From the NCBI RefSeq assembly GCF_032062105.1, contig NW_026932050.1:248001-312000 (forward strand): a DNA stretch of 64,000 nucleotides, read 5' to 3'. Position numbers and translations under genes: made by a program. The notes beneath the pieces are model-generated. The model was given only the letters and a program-made list of their open reading frames with translations. It did no database searches and was not told the DNA's origin. This DNA is from Saccostrea cucullata (lineage: Eukaryota). Positions 14,282 to 26,200 of the stretch are shown in pieces. Numbering within the stretch: position 1 is the first letter of the stretch; each line of letters begins with the position of its first letter.

Positions 14282-17200
14282 GTAGGGTGCCTAACTTGGA
14301 CAATAGTCAAGCAAGGCACAAATTTGTTAGTTTACCAAAACAAACCGAGATCACTTGATTTCTGCACTAAATGTGCTAAATGTGTTTTAAAGATGTAAGT
14401 ATTTTAATATTGATGTTTACTGACCTTTTTTCACAGCATATCTGGTGAAGAGGGAAGCAGTGATTATTTTACAGACCAACTTCAGAGCACTACGGTACAG
14501 AATACAGTTCAAACGACAGAGAAGAGCAGCCATTACAATACAGGTACGACATCAACCAAAACTTACTTATCTAATTTACAAAGTAAAAGAGATCAAAAAA
14601 GTGAACATTACTTTGGGACAATTTAGTCACTCAGGTGGGCATTACATCTTGTGAATGTGCATTGTGTGTAAATTTCAAAACATTACCAGATTTTTCCCAT
14701 AAAACTGCTCAATTAATTGTAATAAATTTTGATAGCATTATCTTTTGGAAAGAGAAACCTAAGTAGTGAGATTTACAGTACTCTTCCTCAGTGGCCTGAT
14801 GTTGGAAAAACAAACCTTGAAACCTGATGTATTCTATAAGAATTCTTTCTGTAATTTACCTATTCCTTGTTTACAGAGGTATGTGCGTGGAATGTTTGCT
14901 CGCTGGTACGTGGTATCTCTGAGGGAACAGAGGCGGATCGAGGAGGAAAGGAGACGACAAGAAGAGCTGGAACAAGAGAGACTAATCCGCGAGAAAGAGG
15001 CGGCCGATAGCCAGATCATCGAGGAATCTCTCAAGTACGTACTAATGTCTGCAGTGGTAGATAGGGCAGTCAGTGTTATCACTTGTTTATCAACAAGCAC
15101 AGCTTTTGTATCGCCCAGATTATTGCACAAATCATTAAAATTCACCAGCATCCATTACATTTATTATCATGATAATAGATTTTTTTTTAACTGTAGTACC
15201 ATTTACTGTCATTTGCATAGTTAATGATATCATTGAACATGATTTATAGTTACTTTCAGTAAATAAGAATTTAGACAAAAAATGTCTTAGACTATGAATT
15301 TTTTTTTACTGATTTTTTTATTTATACCTAATTCCTACTAGATATATGTATTTTAGAGTAAGAAATTAAGAATTATACCTTTCAAATTTCATAGTAGATG
15401 TTCCTATTTTTATTTTGAATGCAAACCACAAAATAATGTTATTTTGTTTAGAATGTTAAAATGTTATAAATGTGGTTCGTCTACTTGTATGTCAACATTG
15501 CAGATACTTACCGCGAGCGGAACTAATTCGAAGGCTAAAGTAGGTCATAGTTGGATGTTGTCTTGTGTGAAAAAACTCAGTGTTTGTAAATGTATATTGT
15601 GTTTCAGACTCACAGTTTATCAACCATTACCTCTCTGTTAGATGTTATATCAAATATTTTCATTTCAGTGGATTTCAAGTCTATTTGTTTCAAGATTTAT
15701 TTTTAAATTTATATGTTTCACCAACTCTTTGTCCACTTTTTACAAAACTATAACATTTTTATTTTCAATTTTAATAGTAATTTCATCTCTTTCAGAAAAA
15801 AAGAATTCCATAATCATTGAATTTCATAATTAATGAGCGTGGATTTTAAAAAAAAAGTTCCTTCCTAACTTTGATATTGTGAATCTTAACCTATCCAGAA
15901 ATGTGACTAAAAATCGATGTTATAAAATAACTGTTGCGTCTTCGTGTAACTTGACTCGTATTTATTTCGGTAACAGTTTTGAGTGTGCCATAACACTAAG
16001 ACATGTTTATTTCAGAGGAACAGAGGTTGATTTTCTAGGGTATGGTTATCGATTTCGTTTCTCCTCATTGGCTCTACATTGTCCACTTTTATTCCACTTC
16101 ACTATATTTTCTATGAAAAGAACTTTAAAAAAGTGAAGTAAATGGTTCTCATCTCTAAATATCCCCTTCTCTACTTTCATTTCACATGCATATTCTGGGC
16201 ATCGTAATGGCCCCAATAGACCCTGATCTGCACTTAAAGTTAGGAAAAGAGAAATCTATTTCTAAGATCATTTACGGAGTACATGTTCTAACTTACATCA
16301 TGCAAAATGTACTAAATTACATCTGACATGCAAAAACTTCATTTGAAAGTGAACACTAATTTTTCATTTTCATTGACATGTATCAAAAACATTTTGATCA
16401 TCATTGAATGCATTCAATTAAAATATCACATTAAAGGTTTAACCTATGAACATGTAACCCTTGCATTGGAATGGATGAAAGTTGTATGTTAATGGTACAG
16501 GTAATATGAAGAGAAGCTAGATGTTTGAAAAGGCATTCAGTGACAAACTTGTTAAAAGAACATCTTAAATGAAAAGCATTATTGCATCAAATTTACATTA
16601 AACTTTAAAAAAGAATTTATGAATAGCATTTTTGAGAGTTTTGAAAGATCTCTTGAATGGCAAAGCATTTGATCCTAATATAACCCAAAGCATGAGATAT
16701 ATTTTATTTCCTTTTATTGTTTTAATTCCATAAATTATATATACACATCTTATGTTTATTAGTTAATTTTTGTATACAATATGTTTTTGTTTGTTCTTAA
16801 TCCTTAACTTTTGTTTACATTTGATTAGCATTATAAAACAATACACATACATGTACAGTATATATGCATGCATCACATCAATTCATTATTAAAAAAGAAC
16901 TTTCAGTCATGCAATCATTTTACCGTACATCAATCCATCATTGTGATACAAAGTTGTCTTCCTTGATCCATGTTAGAGATTCTAACATGAAAAGAAATAT
17001 CAAAATGTCAAAAAGCATAAAACCTATCAAAAAGCCTTGATAATATTTCCTTCTACCACAAAGCACCACAAAGCAAGTCCCAAAGAGATCAAGAGGGATA
17101 CAGGATTCAGAGATTTCTTGTTTACACATTTTTAAAATGATCTTTTTTCAAATTTGAATGTAGAACAGTACAGGTGTACTTCACAGCAGTAAGTTTGTAA

Positions 17201-20200
17201 TTTATTAGTCCATTAAAATTATTCCTGACAAGAAGATTATGATTTTGCTTTATCTTATTGAATTTTATGTTTTCATTACCAGAGATTCCCAGAAGGAGTT
17301 AGAATCGCTGACCAAGATGATTGAGTCGATGTGTGAACACTTCCAGCCGGTGATGTCACCCACGAACCTGAACCTGGACGACATGTTCAGCTTCCTGAAG
17401 GATGATCAACTCGACGCAGATCAGGAGACACAGCAGGCACTGGACCAGATCAACACTGAGTTCACACTGCTCAACCAACTCCTTGACGAGGACATGGTTA
17501 GTATATAGGATCAGATAATAGGATCGTGTAAACACTGAGTTCAGTCTTCTCAACCAGTGGTTAACATATTACTGTACACAGGGAAAATTGTCCCAGTTTT
17601 ATTTTTGCACCTTTCGCCTTAAGCGAATTTAAAACAGGGCGAGAATTGAAAGAATGCAGTGTACTTTCTTAAATATAAAACTATAACTTGGCAAATTTAA
17701 AATGGGGCAAAAATTGTCTGCAAGTGTAAAAGGGTGAAAATAACACGGGGCGAAACTAACCCTGTATACAGTAAGAGAAATTTTTATGAGATCTTTCCCT
17801 TTCTCTAGGAGCGACATGAGGAGGAGACGTATAAGAAGAATCAGGAGCGAGCCCTGAGGGACCTGGACCAGGCGATGGACGGGGAAGAGGAGCTGTATGA
17901 CGACACCCTCCCACCCCCTCCCGTCACCATGGATACCAGTATATCCGGACTCGACCAGCTACCTCCCCCACCCGAGGTAAGTCATTCAGACAAAGTTAGG
18001 AAAAGTTATCCTGCACAGGAGAACAAAACTGCACATCATGTGCTTTATGAAACATGAGAGCTTTATGCAAAAAATTTGTCTTTGCATTGAAAAATGTGTT
18101 TAAATTTTTTACTTCCCCCAATTGAAAAATATGACTTTGTTATTTTCTTACACAGAGTCAATTTGAAATGTTATGTGTTTTGTTCTTTTATTCCAGGATG
18201 ATGAGGAGCCACCACCTCCCCCACCAGAGAGCACTATTCCACCCCCACCCCCTCCACCAGGAGTAGTCTCCCCCATATCCCCCACCATGACAGCTTCTAC
18301 TGATACTTTTGGTTCCAGGTCATCATATGCTGAAAATATGGCAGAAATCATGGACATGCAGAGGGAACTAGATCAATTTGAAACCTCAGCAAACGTTCTG
18401 ATGCCTCAGGCACCGGTTCTACCACCCCCTCCCACCATACCTGCCCCACCCCCTCCTCCTTCAGTCCCTGCCCCACCCACCCCTCCAGTAGCACCACCCA
18501 CCATACCAGTACCCCCACCCCCACCTGGCCCCCCACCACCTTTGTCATCAGAAGAAATGCCAGGAGCACCACCGATCACAAATGTCAACAGACCTCTACC
18601 AGCCCCGCCCGTCCTTCCACCCCCACCTACGATACCAGCACCCCCCACCCCAACAGGCATGGTCACAAGGAGGAGGCCCAATTCTATCAAGATACAGAAT
18701 GGTGACGTCCGTCCGCCATCTAACGTGGAGGTCCTTTCTCCCACGATGCAGAAGAAGTTGAGTACATTGATGTCGGGGCCCAGTGATGAGGTGGTACAAA
18801 TGAGGGCCAAGAGGATTAGTACCATGTATAACCTGAATGGGGACGTCGGACATCGCGAGTCTCGTAACAGTACAATAGAGGAAGAAGACGAAGTGGAAAC
18901 GGAGCACGACTTCATGGAGTACGCGGAGAAGTACTTCATCGATCATCCCAAGGACTTCGGGGGAGGAACCATCATGAAGAACCTCAAGAGAAAGAGCGGT
19001 TCTGTAAGCATCACAGTCAGATCGTTATTGATATCTACAGAATATACAGTGCTAATGACTTTATGTCAATCAAATCCTTATTATTTCTATAGACATAGAT
19101 GCTGTGGATGTTATTTCTTGTTAACATGAGGATACAGTGTTCTATCATTGTTTGTTTTGTAGAAGGAGATGGTGAGTAAGGACGAGATGCTGGTCTTCTG
19201 TAAGAACGGACTGATTCCCGCCTCCCACATCATGATCCACGACAACGAGAACCTTCATCTGGCCTGCTCCCTCTTCAAGGTTTGTCAAACATTAATTACC
19301 CTTATCTCACCTGTGCTCTCTTTGTCAATTAAAATAAATAACCATACATGTCTAGTCCTTGATTGTATTTGTTAAGGAAATTCCATATGGCCTTTTCTCT
19401 CTCTGTAGATATTAATTTTGCTTGGATAAATATACGCATTCAATAGTACATGTAAATAGATATACAGCGTATAATTGAAGTTAGTCTATTTTGCAGTGTT
19501 GTATGAGGTTTTTAAATGAATACTTTACTGTAGGAAATCACAAAATACATCAAAGACGAGGTGAAGGATGATGTAGCCCTACAGACCGTACAGAAGTACG
19601 TAAAGTCAGGAATCGAGCGTATCGAGCTACGAGATGAGATCTTCTGTCAGCTGGTGAGACAGACGAAACACAACCCCGAGCGGCCATGGCTACTGACCAC
19701 GTGGACGTTGCTCTGCCTATGTACTGCTGCCTTCAGTCCCAGTAAAACACTACACAAGGTAATAGTTGTTTGTTATGGTCAAAGACGATTATAAAACTGC
19801 AAGATGACATCACTGAATGATTTTATCTTTTGCAAATACACTGTACATGTATCATTTGTATGGATAAGGCAGTGATGAGTATCTTTGAATGTTATACAGT
19901 CAAACCTCATAAATGGGACAGAGAAAAAAAATAATTATATCTAAAGATTCGAGAAATACGGAGTAAAATACTGAAAGAATAAGGGTTGGACTTCCAAATC
20001 ACTTCAACATATTATCCATGTTGTTCCAGGTTTCATTGTTTGAGATACCAAAGTTCAACTGTACTTGTATTATCTAGAATTGATATAGGTACATGTATTT
20101 ATTAAAATGCACTAAAAATTAAAGGTTTAGATGAAAAGAAAATGCTTTAACTTATAAGGTAATTTATTATTTTTTCTTGTTGACAGTACCTGATGAGTTA

Positions 20201-23200
20201 CATCAAACAGAGCTGTAGTGACAGTATCGTGGGGAAGTACGCTCTACAGTGTCACAAACACATGACCAAGACCCGGGCCACCTCACGCAAAAACCCTCCC
20301 TCCATGTCCGAAATCATGGTGTGTTTATAAACATTCACGTACAAATTAATTAAAGTTTGCTCAGATAATGGCTTCACAAGTACTTTCATGTCATTTAAGA
20401 TCTACCTGGGGTAAACAAATTTTCGTCTTTAAAAATCATTGTTAAATGATCACAGAGTAAATTTAGCTGTCGAAATAAAATGCTGTTTCTTTTCCCAGAG
20501 TATGCGACACCTGAGTCCGATGGTGTGTAAGATTTCGTTTATGGACAATAAGACGAAGGCCGTGGGGGTGATGCCATGCGATACATCAGAGGACGTACTA
20601 GAGAGTGTCCGTAAGAAGATCGGACTCCAGTCTGTGGAGGGATGGGCGCTGTATGAGGTGGGAAATTAGGCTTTGAAATGACCTACCAAGTGTAATGGCT
20701 TTTTTTATGTTGACTGCTCAAAAAAAAACTTTGCAATACTTTTGAAAAACAACTAATTACCATAGATTCCTTATTTTTCGAAAATACTTATTATCGTGAA
20801 AGGCCTCTTCAATGTCAAATCGTGAGAATAATAATTCGCAAATGGACGACTTATCAAGAGATTTTACATTATTTTTAGCACCATAAAAACAAAAGCGAGT
20901 GATTTTATTTAGCGAGTGGTGCTTCTCATGAAATTACACATTGATTAATTTCACGCATATATTGAGGAATTTTCAGTATTCCTTTTGTGTTTTAGGTGTC
21001 CACAGACCTGGATCGTTACATCAGAACGTATGAATTCGTGGCTGACATTCTTTCTGCCTGGGAAATGTAAGTTTGAATACTTTTATCAATTGAAACTTTG
21101 AAATCCAGTGTTGCAGAAAAATGCAGACAAATAATTATACTTTGCTGGTGGCTTGTTAAAAACCTCATTGAAACATTACTTATCTGTTTGTCATTGAAAC
21201 ATTACTTATCTGTTTGTCATTGAAACATTACTTATCTGTTTGCAGGAGTGATAAGCTGGCAGCCCAGCCGAGTAAGTATGAGACAATTTCTAAGAAGGGA
21301 CCTAAAATGGCACTGGGTGGTACTGATGCTGTTATCATGCTGAGGAAGAGAGTGTTCAAACATATAACGGAGATCCCTAACGACCCTGTGGAGTACAGAC
21401 TTCTGTACGCCGAGGCCGTACAACAGGTTATATCGGTGAGTGATAAATTACAATATTGACTTACCAGTATGCTGTCTCATAACCTGATAGAACCCTTATA
21501 AGTAAGGTCATTATATTTTCAGTAAGAGTCAGTAATAATAGCTAATTAATATCAGATAGTCTTGACAAGCATTATTAAATATACAGTAAAACTTGATTAG
21601 TACGAACACGGATATTGCGAATTCACGGATATAATGAAGTCAACTTGGATCCCCAGCTATATTTTAATGAATTTCTTATACATGTATGTTTATATAGCGG
21701 AAAAATTATTACTTCGTTATATATATGTGTTGAAAATATTATTTCAATTCATTGCATCTGGTTTTGATTTTATGCATATATTCACTAAGTACCAGTGCTT
21801 AGAACATATGAGAAGTGTACAAGTCCCTTATTTTGAATTCTCTGCCAGGACAAGTTCCCTGTGTCAGACAAGGTGGCTCTACAGTTAGCGGGACTCCAGG
21901 CTCAGGTGGTGTGTGGGAATTACGAGGAGGGGAAGGATAACAGGTGAGGACACGTGTAAAACACGGGTAAAACACAGGTAGTACAATAAGGCTCAGGTAG
22001 TGTGTGTGGAGTACGAGGAGGGGAAGGATAACAGGTGAGGACAGGTGTAAAACCCAGTTGTAGAAACACAGGTAGTACAATAAGGCTCAGGTGGTGTGTG
22101 GGGAGTATGAGGAGGGGAAGGATAACAGGTGAGGACAGGTGTAAAACACAGGTAGTACAATAAGGCTCAGGTGGTGTGTGGGGAGTATGAGGAGGAGAAG
22201 GATAACAGTGAGGACAGGTGTAAAACCCAGTTGTAGAAACACAGGTAGTACAATAAGGCTCAGGTGGTGTGTGTGTACGAGGAGGGGAAGGATAACAGGT
22301 GAGGACAGGTGTAAAACACAGGTAAAACACAGGTAGTACAATAAGGCTCAGGTGTGTGGGGAGTATGAGGAGGGGAAGGATAACAGGTGAGGACAGGTGT
22401 AAAACACAGTTGTAAAAACACAGGTAGTACAATAAGGCTCAGGTGGTGTGTGGGGAGTAAGAGGAGGGGAAGGATAACAGTGAGGACAGGTGTAAAACAC
22501 AGGTAAAACACAGGTAGTACAATAAGGCTCAGGTGGTGTGTGGGAATTATGAGGAGGGGAAGGATAACAGGTGAGGACACGTGTAAAACACGGGTAAAAC
22601 ACAGGTAGTACAATAAGGCTCAGGTAGTGTGTGTGGAGTACGAGGAGGGGAAGGATAACAGGTGAGGACAGGTGTAAAACCCAGTTGTAGAAACACAGAT
22701 AGTACAATAAGGCTCAGGTGGTGTGTGGGGAGTATGAGGAGGGGAAGGATAACAGGTGAGGACAGGTGTAAAACACAGGTAGTACAATAAGGCTTAGGTG
22801 GTGTGTGGGGAGTATGAGGAGGAGAAGGATAACAGTGAGGACAGGTGTAAAACCCAGTTGTAGAAACACAGGTAGTACAATAAGGCTCAGGTGGTGTGTG
22901 TGGAGTACGAGGAGGGGAAGGATAACAGGTGAGGACACGTGTAAAACACAGGTAAAACACAGGTAGTACAATAAGGCTCAGGTGGTGTGTGGGGAGTATG
23001 AGGAGGGGAAGGATAACAGGTGAGGACAGGTGTAAAACACAGTTGTAAAAACACAGGTAGTACAATAAGGCTCAGGTGGTGTGTGGGGAGTAAGAGGAGG
23101 GGAAGGATAACAGTGAGGACAGGTGTAAAACACAGGTAAAACACAGGTAGTACAATAAGGCTCAGGTGGTGTGTGGGAATTACGAGGAGGGGAAGGATAA

Positions 23201-26200
23201 CAGGTGAGGACACTTGTAAAACACGGGTAAAACACAGGTAGTACAATAAGGCTCAGGTAGTGTGTGTGGAGTACGAGGAGGGGAAGGATAACAGGTGAGG
23301 ACAGGTGTAAAACACAGGTAGTACAATAAGGCTCAGGTGGTGTGTGGAGTACGAGGAGGAGAAGGATAACAGTGAGGACAGGTGTAAAACACAGGTAAAA
23401 CACAGGTAATACAATAAGGCTCAGGTTGTGTGTGTGGAGTATGAGGAGGGGAAGGATAACAGGTGAGGACAGGTGTAAACACACAGGTAGTACAATAAGG
23501 CTCAGGTGGTGTGTGGGGAGTATGAGGAGGGGAAGGATAACAGGTGAGGACAGGTGTAAAACACAGGTAGTACAATAAGGCTCAGGTGGTGTGTGGGGAG
23601 TATGAGGAGGGGAAGGATAACAGGTGAGGACAGGTGTAAAACACAGGTAGTACAATAAGGCTTAGGTGGTGTGTGGGGAGTATGAGGAGGGGAAGGATAA
23701 CAGGTGAGGACAGGTGTAAAACACAGGTAAAACACAGGTAGTACAATAAGGCTCAGGTAGTGTGTGTGGAGTACGAGGAGGGGAAGGATAACAGGTGAGG
23801 ACAGGTGTAAAACACAGGTAGTACAATAAGGCTCAGGTGGTGTGTGGGGAGTATAGGGGAAGGATAGGTGAGGACAGGTGTAAAACACAGGTAAAACACA
23901 GGTAGTACAATAAGGCTCAGGTAGTGTGTGTGGAGTATGAGGAGGGGAAGGATAACAGTGAGGACAGGTGTAAAACACATGTAAAACACAGGTAGTACAA
24001 TAAGGCTCAGGTGGTGTGTGGGGAGTATGAGGAGGGGAAGGATAACAGGTGAGGACTATAAACACAGGTAAATCACAGTGTATCAATAAGGCTCAGGTGG
24101 TGTGTATGAGGAGGGGAAGGATAACAGGTGAGGACAGGTGTAAAACACAGGTAGTACAATAAGGCTTAGGTGGTATGTGGGGAGTATGAGGAGGAGAAGG
24201 ATAACAGTGAGGACAGGTGTAAAACCCAGTTGTAGAAACACATACAATAAGGCTCAGGTGGTGTGTGTGGAGTACGAGGAGGGGAAGGATAACAGGTGAG
24301 GACAGGTGTAAAACACAGGTAAAACACAGGTAGTACAATAAGGCTCAGGTGGTGTGTGGGGAGTATGAGGAGGGGAAGGATAACAGGTGAGGACAGGTGT
24401 AAAACACAGTTGTAAAAACACAGGTAGTACAATTAGGCTCAGGTGGTGTGTGGGAATTACGAGGAGGGGAAGGATAACAGGTGAGGACACGTGTAAAACA
24501 CGGGTAAAACACAGGTAGTACAATAAGGCTCAGGTAGTGTGTGTGGAGTATGAGGAGGGGAAGGATAACAGGTGAGGACAGGTGTAAAACCCAGTTGTAG
24601 AAACACAGGTAGTACAATAAGGCTCAGGTGGTGTGTGGGGAGTATGAGGAGGGGAAGGATAACAGGTGAGGACAGGTGTAAAACACAGGTAGTACAATAA
24701 GGCTTAGGTGGTGTGTGGGGAGTATGAGGAGGAGAAGGATAACAGTGAGGACAGGTGTAAAACCCAGTTGTAGAAACACAGGTAGTACAATAAGGCTCAG
24801 GTGGTGTGTGTGGAGTACGAGGAGGGGAAGGATAACAGGTGAGGACAGGTGTAAAACACAGGTAAAACACAGGTAGTACAATAAGGCTCAGGTGGTGTGT
24901 GGGGAGTATGAGGAGGGGAAGGATAACAGGTGAGGACAGGTGTAAAACACAGTTGTAAAAACACAGGTAGTACAATAAGGCTCAGGTGGTGTGTGGGGAG
25001 TAAGAGGAGGGGAAGGATAACAGTGAGGACAGGTGTAAAACACAGGTAAAACACAGGTAGTACAATAAGGCTCAGGTGGTGTGTGGGGAGTACGAGGAGG
25101 GGAAGGATAACAGGTGAGGACACGTGTAAAACACGGGTAAAACACAGGTAGTACAATAAGGCTTAGGTGGTGTGTGGGGAGTATGAGGAGGAGAAGGATA
25201 ACAGGTGAGGACAGGTGTAAAACACAGGTAGTACAATAAGGCTCAGGTGGTGTGTGGGGAGTATGAGGAGGGGAAGGATAACAGGTGAGGACAGGTGTAA
25301 AACACAGGTAGTACAATAAGGCTTAGGTGGTGTGTGGGGAGTATGAGAAGGGGAAGGATAACAGGTGAGGACAGGTGTAAAACACAGGTAAAACACAGGT
25401 AGTACAATAAGGCTCAGGTAGTGTGTGTGGAGTACGAGGAGGGGAAGGATAACAGGTGAGGACAGGTGTAAAACACAGGTAGTACAATAAGGCTCAGGTG
25501 GTGTGTGGGGAGTATGAGGAGGGGAAGGATAACAGGTGAGGACAGGTGTAAAACACAGGTAAAACACAGGTAGTACAATAAGGCTCAGGTAGTGTGTGTG
25601 GAGTATGAGGAGGGGAAGGATAACAGTGAGGACAGGTGTAAAACACAGGTAAAACACAGGTAGTACAATAAGGCTCAGGTGGTGTGTGGGGAGTATGAGG
25701 AGGGGAAGGATAACAGGTGAGGACACGTGTAAAACACAGGTAAATCACAGGTAGTACAATAAGGCTCAGGTGGTGTGTGGGGAGTATGAGGAGGGGAAGG
25801 ATAACAGTGAGGACAGGTGTAAAACACAGGTAGTACAATAAGGCTCAGGTGGTGTGTGGGGAGTATGAGGAGGGGAAGGATAACAGGTGAGGACAGGTGT
25901 AAAACACAGGTAAAACACAGGTAGTACAATAAGGCTCAGGTGGTGTGTGGGAATTACGAGGAGGGGAAGGATAACAGGTGAGGACAGGTGTAAACACACA
26001 GGTAAAACACAGGTAGCTCATAAAGTATCCAGACAAGACAGTAATTTTAATTTGCTTTCATAGAACACCATGACTGTTATAGAGAATTTTACAGATGACG
26101 ATAAATATGAGAGCATTTTGATAATGTTGACTTGTTTTGACTTTGTTGTTTTGATGATTGACAGGTATTCTGAAGCAGAGCAGTTCCTCTGTAAGAGAAT

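Noticed and set aside
18148-18946. Gly-rich minus-strand ORFs
   Set aside because: Antisense shadow of the proline-rich exon.
21944-26012. Units as a Dscam-like cassette of alternative mini-exons or recursive-splicing ratchet points
   Set aside because: ctcag|...cag|gt would give 38-nt frameshifting exons. There is no polypyrimidine tract or branch context before the AGs.
21799-26036. Dozens of overlapping minus-strand ORFs ([16 protein letters not shown]...)
   Set aside because: By-products of the minisatellite in all three frames, with frequent frameshifts. No independent gene structure.
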